The translations under genes were made by a program, and so were the position numbers. A stretch of 32,000 bases of DNA from NCBI RefSeq assembly GCF_008065095.1, contig NZ_CP042911.1, positions 4,320,001 to 4,352,000 on the forward strand, given 5' to 3'. Shown in pieces: positions 24,028 to 32,000 of this stretch. The DNA is from Gemmata obscuriglobus (lineage in GTDB: Bacteria; Planctomycetota; Planctomycetia; Gemmatales; Gemmataceae). A model generated the notes under the pieces. It was not told the DNA's origin. It did not search any database and was given only the letters and a program-made list of their open reading frames with translations. Numbering within the stretch: position 1 is the first letter of the stretch; every line of letters begins with the position of its first letter.

Positions 24028-25762
24028 GGGGCACCTCCGGCGAACGGTCCAACCGAACGACGCGGTCGCACGACCGGGCGACTTCGTCGGAGTGGGTGAT
24101 CACAAGCAGCGTCCACGGGGCGCCGGGGCCGAGGAGCGCGGGCAGGACGGTCGCCCGGACGTCGGCATCCATGTGGTCGAGGGCCTCGTCCAGTACGATC
24201 AGCCGCGGCCGGCCTACGATGGCCCGGGCCACCATCAGCCGGCTCGCCTGGCCCAGCGAGAGCGGCGCGCCGCCGGACCACATGACGGTGTCGAGGCCTT
24301 TGGGCAGCGCCAGAACCGGCTCGAGAAGTCCGACGGTCTGGAGCGCGGCGCGGGCCTCCGCGTGGGTCACGTGGGCCCGGCCGACGCGAACGTTTTCCAG
24401 CACCGTGGCCTCAATCACCTCCACGCCCTTGACCAGCGCGACCTGCTCGCGGAGGGACTCCCGGCGGAGCGTCCGGATGTCCGCGCCGTCGAACTCGATC
24501 CAGCCGCGGTCCGGCATGCGCAGGGCGTACAGGAGGTCCGCCAGCGTGCTCTTGCCGGCCCCGTTCGGCCCGACCAGCGCGACCCGCTCGCCGGGCGCCA
24601 GCTCGAGCGACAGCCCGACGAGGGCGGCGCGGGGCTGCTGGTCGTAAGCGAACGACACGTCCCGCACCGCGACCGCGGCCCCGCCGCCGGCGGGCCTCTG
24701 CGCCTCCGCCCCGTCGGCCTCAAGAGGCAGGTCGAGCAGGTGACCGAGCTTGTCCACCGCCGCAAGCAGGTCGTAGTACGCCTCCAACTGCTTACCCAGC
24801 TTGGTGAACGTCGCGACCACCAGCGCCACCACGATCTCGGCCGCGACCAACTCGCCGAGGGTCAGTTCGCCGCGGATCACCAGCGCGCCCCCGACGGCGA
24901 GCAGAGCGACGTTGGCGACCGCCTGGAGCAAAAGCGCGAACCCGATCTGCCGCATGAGGACCCGGAAGTGTGCGGCGCGCGCGTCCAGGTACTCGCGGGT
25001 GAGCTCGTCGGTGCGGGCGGCGGCCAGCGCGGGGCCGCCCGCCGTCTTGAACGCGATCGGGTGCCGCGCCACCTCTTCCATCCACCCCGCGACCTGGTAC
25101 TTCGCCACCGACTCGCGCACCGCCGACCGCACCGCCCCGCGGCCCAGAGCCAGGAACAAGAACGCGAGGGCGCCGATGAGGATCAGGTCGAAGCCGAGCA
25201 AGTAGCTGTGATAGAAGCCGAGGAGCAGCAGCCCGATGAACACTTGGAGGGCGAGCGTGATGCCATCAAGCAGAAGGGTGGCCGACGCCTTCTGCACGGT
25301 CAGCACGTCGAAGAAGCGGTTGACCAGTTCCGGCCCGTTCTGGCGGTCAAACGCCCTGAGGTCGACCCGCGGCAGCCGGTACGACAAGTCGGCCGCGACT
25401 CGCACGAACACGCGGCGCTGGATGAACTCCACCACGACCGTTTGGAGGATCAGCAGCCCGGCCGCGAGCGACAGCGCGACGAACAGCGCCACACAGAGCA
25501 CAACTAGTTGCTGGATCAGTGTGCCGAGCGCCACCGTGTTGACCACCGCCATCGCAACGACCGGGGTGGCGAGCGTCAGCGCCCCGACGCACACGGCGAA
25601 CAGGAGCACCAGCCACAACTCGCCGCGCTCGGGCCGGAGCAGGCCCAGCAACCGGCGGAACGGCGGCATGTGCGCCGCGTGATGGTGGTCGGCATGTTCG
25701 GCATGCGCGGCGTGGTGGGGGGCCGCGTGCGAGAGCGGCAGAGCGGCCGTCGGTTCACTCAC
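24014..25762 (-). CDS. ABC exporter, fused transmembrane + ATPase domains (type I secretion/MsbA-like half transporter), His-rich N-terminal tail
   Basis: ORF 24014..25798 (TTG). I prefer the GTG at 25762, preceded by GGGAGGG with a 6-nt spacer; the ATG at 25669 is the alternative. Six-helix TMD, Walker A GPNGAGKST, signature variant LSLGQ, Walker B LIVLDEA, H-loop VITHS. No C39 peptidase domain is seen. Confidence 0.85.
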   Translation of the reverse strand: MSEPTAALPLSHAAPHHAAHAEHADHHHAAHMPPFRRLLGLLRPERGELWLVLLFAVCVGALTLATPVVAMAVVNTVALGTLIQQLVVLCVALFVALSLAAGLLILQTVVVEFIQRRVFVRVAADLSYRLPRVDLRAFDRQNGPELVNRFFDVLTVQKASATLLLDGITLALQVFIGLLLLGFYHSYLLGFDLILIGALAFLFLALGRGAVRSAVRESVAKYQVAGWMEEVARHPIAFKTAGGPALAAARTDELTREYLDARAAHFRVLMRQIGFALLLQAVANVALLAVGGALVIRGELTLGELVAAEIVVALVVATFTKLGKQLEAYYDLLAAVDKLGHLLDLPLEADGAEAQRPAGGGAAVAVRDVSFAYDQQPRAALVGLSLELAPGERVALVGPNGAGKSTLADLLYALRMPDRGWIEFDGADIRTLRRESLREQVALVKGVEVIEATVLENVRVGRAHVTHAEARAALQTVGLLEPVLALPKGLDTVMWSGGAPLSLGQASRLMVARAIVGRPRLIVLDEALDHMDADVRATVLPALLGPGAPWTLLVITHSDEVARSCDRVVRLDRSPEVPHGNA

Positions 25763-26323
25763 AGCCGGCCCTCCCACGCGTTGCCGCTGCCGATCCAACG
25801 GGAACTGGGGACCGGCGTGCGGTTCGTGTCCGCTTTCGTCCTCCCGCCCAAACTCGCCAACTGACCACGTGCATTATCACTCGGTCTGAAAGACCGCATT
25901 GCGATCCCCCCGCTGTATCAATTTAACCGTCAGTCCTGCGTGGCTTAAACTGGTCAATATCGCGAAGGCGCCAACCGTTCCAGCCCGACCACAACGTCTT
26001 TCCAAACGCCTCCGGCCCAAGTCCCAAATGAGATGCGAACTCGCCGGGGTTCCGGCGTGGCTCGCGACTCGCGCTGGAATACCGTGCGACAGGTATCGAG
26101 GAATCGTGCCCCTCGTGACCGCGGTTGCGCGAACGCGCCGACACAGGCCGGCGGCCGGACGGCGACGAGCCCGGCTCGTCGGGCTGTCCGTATTCGTTGT
26201 TCGCCCGGGATACCCGGACATTTTAAGAAGTTATAGCGGAATGATCTCCGCCCGGTGCGTATCGCCCGAGACGAGGGCCTATGGCATCACATCTTTATGG
26301 AGGGGTCGGCGAGCAGGGTTCGC

Positions 26324-27445
26324 TCAGGAGCGGCGGGCCAAAGGCACCACGTTCCGGGCAGCCGGTCCCTTGTAGAGCCCGCGTGGGCGGATGAGCCGGT
26401 TGTTGTCGAGTTGCTCGACGACGTGTGCCGCCCAGCCGGCGATACGGGCCATCGCGAAGATCGGCGTGTACAGCGGGATTTCAAGCTTCATCGCGTGGTA
26501 CAGTCGTCCCGCCGGCCAGTCAAGGTTGGGGTACATGTTCTTCTCGGCGGCCATCACCCGCTCGATGATGTCGGCGGCCTCTTCCCACTTCTGGGTGCCG
26601 GCCGTGTCGGCCGCCCCGCGGGCGTACTTCTTGAGGATGCCCGCCCGCACGTCGCCGGCCTTATAGACGCGGTGTCCGAACCCCATGATCCGCTCTTTCC
26701 GCGCCAGCGCCGACCGGACCCAGACTTCCGCGTTCTCGGGGCCGCCCGCGGCGAGCAGGATGTCCATCACCTTTTCGTTGGCCCCGCCGTGCAGTGGCCC
26801 TTTCAACGCGCCGATCGCGCCGGTCACGCCGCTGTGGAGGTCGGACAGCGTGGACACGATCACCCGGGCCGCGAACGTGCTCGCGTTGTACTCGTGTTCG
26901 GCGTACAGAGTGAGCGACACGTCGAGCGCCTTGACATCCGCCGGTGCGGCCTCCGACCCGCGGAGCATGTAAAGGAAGTTGGCCGCGTGGCCGAGGTCCT
27001 GGCGCGCGGGAACGACCGGCTGACCCTTCACAACTCGATGGTGGGCCGCGATGGCCACCGGAATCTGGGCGAGTAGCCGTTCGGCCTTCCGTAAGTTCGC
27101 GTCGTGCGAGGAGTCGGCGGCTTCCGGGTCGAAGTGCCCCAGCACGCTGACGGCCGTGCGGAGCGCGTCGAGCGGAAGCGTACTCTGGGGTAGCGCGGCA
27201 AACAGCCCCATGAGCGGAGCGGGAAGCTGCCGCGCCGCGGCGACGCGGGCGTGAAATTGTTGGAGCTGAGCGGCGTTCGGCAGCTCGCCGTGTAGAAGGA
27301 GGTACGCCACCTCGTCGAACGAGCAATACTCGGTCAATTCGCCGACACCGTACCCGCGGTAGTTCAAACCGCTTTCAACGGTCGAAACGGCCGTTTCGCC
27401 CGCGATGACACCTTCAAGGCCGGGAGAGTAGACTGGGGTGGTCAT
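26324..27445 (-). CDS. gltA: citrate synthase (small ~370-aa type; 2-methylcitrate synthase cannot be excluded)
   Basis: 373-aa ORF starting at ATG. PGLEGVIAGETAVS, LNYRGY, LLLHGELP, HEYNAST, GPLHGGANE and GFGHRVYK are all hallmark citrate synthase stretches. Confidence 0.92.
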   Translation of the reverse strand: MTTPVYSPGLEGVIAGETAVSTVESGLNYRGYGVGELTEYCSFDEVAYLLLHGELPNAAQLQQFHARVAAARQLPAPLMGLFAALPQSTLPLDALRTAVSVLGHFDPEAADSSHDANLRKAERLLAQIPVAIAAHHRVVKGQPVVPARQDLGHAANFLYMLRGSEAAPADVKALDVSLTLYAEHEYNASTFAARVIVSTLSDLHSGVTGAIGALKGPLHGGANEKVMDILLAAGGPENAEVWVRSALARKERIMGFGHRVYKAGDVRAGILKKYARGAADTAGTQKWEEAADIIERVMAAEKNMYPNLDWPAGRLYHAMKLEIPLYTPIFAMARIAGWAAHVVEQLDNNRLIRPRGLYKGPAARNVVPLARRS

Positions 27446-27523
27446 GAGGAAGTTCCGGGGTCCAGTTGCCGAGTCCCAGGTTGTTCAGAACCGGTGACCG
27501 GAATGTAGCCAACTTGGAACCGC

Positions 27524-28354
27524 TCACATCACCTTCGCGGCGGCGGGCGGCCACAGGAGAGCGTAAGCCGAGTTCGCCAGCATCGCGAGCAAGAAATCGA
27601 TAATGAGGATCGCGACGAACGCGATTACGAACGCTTCGGTGGCGGCCCGGCCGACACCCGCCGCCCCGGCTTTGCTGTTGAACCCGCGGTGACACGCGAT
27701 CAGTGACAGCACCGCGCCGAAAACGAACGCCTTCATGAGCCCGACCGACACGTCCCACAGTTTCACGAACTCGCGTGTGTGTCGCCAGTAGTGGTGGCTG
27801 TCGATGTGATACACGTGAAGGCAGATGAGCGAACTGCCGAACAGCCCCATCACGTCGGCCAGCACCGTGAGCAGCGGTAGCAGTAGAAAGCACGCGAGCA
27901 ACCGGGGGCCGACGAGGTACTTCACCGGGTCCACGCCGAGGCACGCGAGCGCGTCAAGCTGCTCGGTCACGCGCATGGTGGCGAGTTCCGCAGCCATCGC
28001 CGAGCCGACGCGACCCGCCAGCATCACCGCGGCCAGCACCGGCCCGAGTTCGCGGACGACTGAGATGTGAATGACCGCGCCGAGCGACGTTTCCATCCCG
28101 ATGGTGTGGAACTGCCCGTATGCCTGAACGGCCAGCACCATCCCGATGAACGTCCCGGTGATGGCCACCACCCCGACGCTGTTGGTGCCCACCTCGACCG
28201 CGACCCGGAGGAACTCGCCCGCTCGGAACGCGCGCCCGAAGATGCCGGCAAGCGACCGGAACGCGAACAGCCACCAGTCGCCGAACGCGATGGAGGCTTC
28301 GGTGCCCCACTCGACCCAGGCTGACAGTTGCGTGCGTGACGGGAGCAAAGACAT
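27524..28354 (-). CDS. mlaE: MlaE-family ABC transporter permease
   Basis: ORF 27524..28396 (TTG); ATG at 28354 preferred. Typical MlaE stretches: GVVAITGTFIGMVLAVQ, VVRELGPVLAAVMLAGRVGSAMAAELATMRVTEQLDAL. The start choice is uncertain by 14 codons. Confidence 0.85.
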   Translation of the reverse strand: MSLLPSRTQLSAWVEWGTEASIAFGDWWLFAFRSLAGIFGRAFRAGEFLRVAVEVGTNSVGVVAITGTFIGMVLAVQAYGQFHTIGMETSLGAVIHISVVRELGPVLAAVMLAGRVGSAMAAELATMRVTEQLDALACLGVDPVKYLVGPRLLACFLLLPLLTVLADVMGLFGSSLICLHVYHIDSHHYWRHTREFVKLWDVSVGLMKAFVFGAVLSLIACHRGFNSKAGAAGVGRAATEAFVIAFVAILIIDFLLAMLANSAYALLWPPAAAKVM

Positions 28355-28454
28355 GAACGCGACTGTAACGCGCTTGAGACCGAAAGGGCAGGTCAAATAG
28401 CGGGTCAGCGGGCGGTCGATTTACACCGCCGCTCGCCTGAAACCCGCAGAACAG

Positions 28455-29312
28455 TTAGCGGGGCAGGGCACGAACGGGTACGCCGTTCACCCACTGCACC
28501 CAGACCCCGTAGTTCGCGTTCCACGCCAGCCCGGTGAATCGCCGCTCGGCGAGGTCACTGTCGGCATCCGCTCGCGCCGGCTCGCCGAAGAACTCGCGCT
28601 CCTGGCGCTCGATCCGCCGCCGGCGCGCGTCCGCGCGCACGTGCGCCAGTTCCGCCTGACCCAGCATCCACACCACGACGGCGACCGCGAGCAGGCTCAG
28701 ACTCGGGAGCAACAGGCCCGCGACACCAAAAACGACAGCCATCACGGTGCCCACGCCCACGGCCGTTTCCGTAGCCCGTACTCGCGGCATCTGGGTGCTG
28801 AGCAGCGCCCGCAGCACGCGCCCGCCGTCCATCGGGAACGCCGGGAGCAGGTTAAACACGGTCAGGAACACGTTGGCGATCAGCAAGCGGCCCAAGAACG
28901 CGCCGGCCACGTCGCCGCCGGACACCGAGGATAACTCGAACATCGAGCCGCCGACCACCAGCGCGACGAAGAGCCCGGACGCGATGATCACGTTCACGGC
29001 CGGCCCCGCCAGCGCGACAGCAATTTCGCGGCCTGGGCGTTCCGGCATCCGTTCGAGCGAGGCGACCCCACCGACCGGGTACAGCGTGATGTCCCGCGTT
29101 CGGATGCCGTAAGCCGCCGCCGCCAGCGCGTGACCCAATTCGTGGAGCGCCACACAACCAAACACCGCGAACACGAACAGCAACTCGAACGCCAGCTCCC
29201 CGACGCTGCTGTCGAGGCCGGAGAAGAGCACAAGTAGCGGCAGCAGCCAGAACGTTCCGTGAACGTACAGGTCGATGCCGAGTACCTTTCCTAATTTTAA
29301 GGAGCTAAACAT
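28455..29312 (-). CDS. M50-family site-2 metalloprotease
   Basis: ORF 28455..29414; preferred ATG at 29312 (MFSSLKLGKVLGIDLYVH). HExxH motif in ALHELGHALAA, plus a second metal-ligand motif FNLLPAFPMDGGRVL. Multiple TM helices. Confidence 0.85.
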   Translation of the reverse strand: MFSSLKLGKVLGIDLYVHGTFWLLPLLVLFSGLDSSVGELAFELLFVFAVFGCVALHELGHALAAAAYGIRTRDITLYPVGGVASLERMPERPGREIAVALAGPAVNVIIASGLFVALVVGGSMFELSSVSGGDVAGAFLGRLLIANVFLTVFNLLPAFPMDGGRVLRALLSTQMPRVRATETAVGVGTVMAVVFGVAGLLLPSLSLLAVAVVVWMLGQAELAHVRADARRRRIERQEREFFGEPARADADSDLAERRFTGLAWNANYGVWVQWVNGVPVRALPR

Positions 29313-29489
29313 AGTGGTGATTTCCTTCCCGAGCGCGGTTGCACACCGGCCCTGTGTACATATTCGATGCCGAAGGGCCGAAATTGGGTTCAGGGAAGGT
29401 TCGGTTCCTGGCACTGCGCCGTTCAGAGAGGGCGCGATTCTGATCCGTTTGCCCCGGACATTGTGCGGACCAGATTACTGGTGCGATGT

Positions 29490-31139
29490 TCAGAGCAGGA
29501 TGAGCCAGGCAGCCGAGAAGAAGATGAAAATGCCGCTCACGTCCACGAGCGTCGCCACGAGGGCGCCGGACGCGACCGCGGGGTCGAGCCCGAACCGCTG
29601 CAATACGAGCGGGATGAGGCAGCCCATCAGCGTGCCCCACAAGCAGATGCCGAGTACCGCGATGGAAACCGTCAGCCCCAGCCGCCACCGGCTCACGGGC
29701 TCGGTGCGCACCTCGCACTCGGTCGGGAACCGGTACACCCATTCACCCCCGACCGGTTCGGGCGGCGTGAGTGTTTTAACCCCCTCGGGGAGCCGCACGC
29801 GGGCGTTCTTTTCGAGCGTGACGGTTTGCGGGGTGCCTTTGGCGAGCGACACGTCCCAACTCTTACCGCCCCAAAGGGAGGAGACCTCTTGTGCTGACAG
29901 TTCCGTGCCCGCCGGCACGCGAACAGTGAACTCCTCTTTCACCTTGCGCGGACCGCTCCGCGTGTCGCTCGGAGTGAGCGACCCGCGCACGAACGCAATG
30001 ACCCCAAGTGTGAGGCCGAGCGCGAGCCCCATCAGCAGCTCGCGCCGTAGCACCCGCTTCCAGTCGCGCGGGCGGGCGAAGCCGAGCGCCATCGCCCGTG
30101 TCACCAGTGTGGCCGCCTGGGTGCCCGAGTTGCCGCCGGTTGAGATGCAGAGCGGAACGAACAGCGCGAGCACCACTACGGTCGCGATCAGTTCCTCGAA
30201 AAACTCCATCACCGTGAACGTTGCCAGTTCGGCCACGAAGAGCACCGCGAGCCACTGGACGCGGCTCCGCCACACCCGGTAGAAACTTGCGTTCAGGTAG
30301 TCGCTCTCGATCGGCCCGACCGCCGCCTGGCGCTGTAAGTCCTCGGTGGCCTCCTCGCGCACCACGTCGAGCACGTCGTCGTGGGTGACGATGCCAAGGA
30401 GCCCGAACTGCTCGTCCACCACCGGCGCGGCCAGAAAGTCGTACCGGGCAAACAGTTGCGCGACCTGCTCCTGGTCCTCGTCGTGCCGGAGCGTGACGAG
30501 GTCCGTTTCCATCAGCTCGCGGATCAGGGCGTGCCGGGGGGCTAGGATTAGGTCCCGCAGCGACACCACACCTAGCAGCCGGCGCGGCGCGAGTGAGCCG
30601 TCGCCGCGCCGGTTCGGGTCGTCCAGGACGTAGATGTAGTAAATGGTTTCGCGGTCCGGGGCTTCCTGTCGGAGCTGGTCGATGGCCTCGGCGGCGGTGA
30701 GCGTGCCCGGCAGCCAGGCGTAGTCGGTCGTCATCAGCGCGCCGACCGTGTTCTCCCCGTACTGGAACAGCGTCGCGATGTCCTTGCGGTCGGCCTCGGC
30801 CACCAGCCGCATGACCGATTCCGTCACCCGCCCCGGGAGCCGCCGGAGCAGGTCCACGCGGTCGTCGTGCGACATCTTCGAGAGCAACTCGCCCATCTGC
30901 GGGCGGGCCTTCTCGGCCATCAGGACCTGTTGGGCCGGGGTGAGGTACTCGAACACCGACGCCTGCGTCCGGATGTTCGCGTTGCTGATGACCTCCCAGA
31001 TCTGCTCCGGGCTGAACTCGTCGTCGAGCGCCTCGGCCACCGTCGCGGGGTGCAACTCCTCGCAGAACTCCCGCAACCCGATGGCGTTCTTCTCCGCGAG
31101 CATCATCCGGATCTCGGGGCTGAACAGCGGGTGAACCAT
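29490..31139 (-). CDS. mgtE: magnesium transporter MgtE with an extra ~95-aa segment in the TM3-TM4 loop
   Basis: 549-aa ORF starting at ATG. It has an N domain, a CBS pair (GALMTTDYAWL ... PVVDEQFGLLGIVTHDDVLDV) and a TM domain with GGNSGTQAATLV and LVATLVDVSGIFIFF. Residues ~388-485 have no counterpart in the canonical MgtE layout as I recall it. Confidence 0.9.
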   Translation of the reverse strand: MVHPLFSPEIRMMLAEKNAIGLREFCEELHPATVAEALDDEFSPEQIWEVISNANIRTQASVFEYLTPAQQVLMAEKARPQMGELLSKMSHDDRVDLLRRLPGRVTESVMRLVAEADRKDIATLFQYGENTVGALMTTDYAWLPGTLTAAEAIDQLRQEAPDRETIYYIYVLDDPNRRGDGSLAPRRLLGVVSLRDLILAPRHALIRELMETDLVTLRHDEDQEQVAQLFARYDFLAAPVVDEQFGLLGIVTHDDVLDVVREEATEDLQRQAAVGPIESDYLNASFYRVWRSRVQWLAVLFVAELATFTVMEFFEELIATVVVLALFVPLCISTGGNSGTQAATLVTRAMALGFARPRDWKRVLRRELLMGLALGLTLGVIAFVRGSLTPSDTRSGPRKVKEEFTVRVPAGTELSAQEVSSLWGGKSWDVSLAKGTPQTVTLEKNARVRLPEGVKTLTPPEPVGGEWVYRFPTECEVRTEPVSRWRLGLTVSIAVLGICLWGTLMGCLIPLVLQRFGLDPAVASGALVATLVDVSGIFIFFSAAWLILL

Positions 31140-31202
31140 CGGGCACCAGTGCGGAGTTCGGAGTGCGGGGCTCGGAACGAAGGCCGGGTCGGGTGCGGTT
31201 CC

Positions 31203-32000
31203 TTACTCCACGTCCCGCGTCCCGCATTCCGCGAGCGAAAGGTTGTCGATGAGCCGCGTGGTGCCGAGGAACACCGCGACCGCCGCGACCGCGGGGCGGT
31301 CCAACCGTGCGAGGGGCTGGACCGTTTCGGCGTCCACGACGCGCGCGTAATCGACCCGCGCGCCCGGTATCGCGGACAGTTCGGCGTGAAGCGCCGATTC
31401 GAGCCGGGCGGCGTCGACCTCGCCGGCCCGGACGCGCTCACGCGCCACCCGAAGCGCCTGCTGGATGCGCGGCGCGACGGCGCGCTCGGCGGGGCTCAGG
31501 TAGCGGTTGCGGGAACTGAGCGCGAGCCCGTCCGGCTCGCGCACGGTCGGCTCGACGCGGACCCGGACCGGCACGTCGAGGTCCCGGACCATCTGCACGA
31601 TGATGCGGGCCTGCTGGTAGTCTTTTGAGCCGAAGAACGCCACGTCCGGCGCCACGATGTTGAACAGCTTCAGCACGACCGTACACACGCCGCGGAAGTG
31701 CCCGGGGCGGGCGGCTCCGCACAGGTGGTCGCCGAGCTTGGCCACGTCCACGGACGTGACCGCCCCTGCGGGGTACATCTCTGCGACGCCCGGGGCGAAA
31801 ATCAGGTCGGCGCCGGAGCCCGCGCACACCCGCTGATCGGCTTCGAGGGTGCGCGGGTATTTGGCGAAGTCTTCGTTCGGCCCGAACTGGGTCGGGTTCA
31901 CGAAGATCGACACCACCACGAAGTCGGTCGCGGCGCGGGCCGCACGCACCAGGGCCGCGTGCCCTTCGTGGAGCGCGCCCATCGTGGGCACGAACCCGAC
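31203..32000 (-). CDS. panC: pantoate--beta-alanine ligase; 5' end lies outside the window
   Basis: The frame is open to the right edge. VGFVPTMGALHEGH (HxGH-type motif), VVVSIFVNPTQFGPNEDF and FGSKDYQQ are canonical PanC. The ORF track reports only the part from the internal Met at 31991. Confidence 0.92.
   Translation of the reverse strand, partial: VGFVPTMGALHEGHAALVRAARAATDFVVVSIFVNPTQFGPNEDFAKYPRTLEADQRVCAGSGADLIFAPGVAEMYPAGAVTSVDVAKLGDHLCGAARPGHFRGVCTVVLKLFNIVAPDVAFFGSKDYQQARIIVQMVRDLDVPVRVRVEPTVREPDGLALSSRNRYLSPAERAVAPRIQQALRVARERVRAGEVDAARLESALHAELSAIPGARVDYARVVDAETVQPLARLDRPAVAAVAVFLGTTRLIDNLSLAECGTRDVE

Noticed and set aside
23732-25507. 591-aa plus-strand ORF antisense to the ABC and HlyD genes
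   Set aside because: Same reasoning as above. There is no recognisable domain, the composition is extremely Arg/Asp/Gln/Pro-rich, and the minus strand encodes complete Walker A/B, signature and TMD features.
25877-26221. 114-aa and nested 73-aa minus-strand ORFs as a possible cargo gene for the exporter operon
   Set aside because: By eye, third-position GC is clearly lower than in the real genes. The sequences are basic, with no secretion signal, RTX repeats or GG-leader. I kept the region only as an open question in the findings.
31140-31202. M-box (Mg2+) riboswitch upstream of mgtE
   Set aside because: Only 63 nt separate mgtE from the panC stop, too short for an M-box as I recall its size. 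mgtE is more likely co-transcribed with panC.
1-32000. CRISPR arrays, IS elements, integrases, prophage or defence-island hallmarks
   Set aside because: I saw no regularly spaced direct repeats. No transposase, integrase or recombinase-like translation appears in the ORF track. No tRNA-adjacent boundary or flanking direct repeats were seen. Composition is uniform apart from short intergenic dips.

Overview
This is a GC-rich chromosomal segment (by eye about two-thirds G+C, not computed). Its gene content looks planctomycetal (Gemmata/Gemmataceae-like): a DUF1549/DUF1553 + DUF1501 gene pair, an ECF sigma factor coupled to a Ser/Thr kinase carrying a WD40 propeller, a very large secreted WD40 protein, and an orphan STAS protein. 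I support 21 protein-coding genes, the first and last truncated by the window edges. All but two are on the minus strand, and positions 1-17745 form one unbroken co-directional minus-strand array. I recognised no rRNA, tRNA, CRISPR array, transposase, integrase or phage-like gene. The envelope/accessory part (1-25.8 kb) holds: a secreted alpha/beta hydrolase; a DUF1549/1553 - DUF1501 - nine-EF-hand trio; a 21-blade secreted WD40 protein; an ECF sigma plus a (zinc anti-sigma motif)-kinase-TM-WD40 fusion; an OMF-MFP-FtsX/MacB-type permease cluster with no ATPase gene; a polytopic membrane protein; a divergent STAS / zinc-ribbon membrane protein pair; and a complete ABC-MFP-OMF (type I secretion-like) operon. 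The ABC protein of that operon begins with a His-rich tail, and the operon has no obvious substrate gene. The housekeeping part (26.3-32 kb) holds citrate synthase, an mlaE-like permease, an M50 site-2 protease, mgtE (with an unusual ~95-aa insertion in a periplasmic loop) and panC. The most system-like candidate is the sigma / anti-sigma-kinase / WD40 / WD40 signalling module at 6.4-12.3 kb. Related ECF-kinase and ECF-WD40 linkages are already described in Planctomycetes, so I cannot claim a truly undescribed system from sequence alone. All family assignments come from motif recognition by eye, not from database searches.
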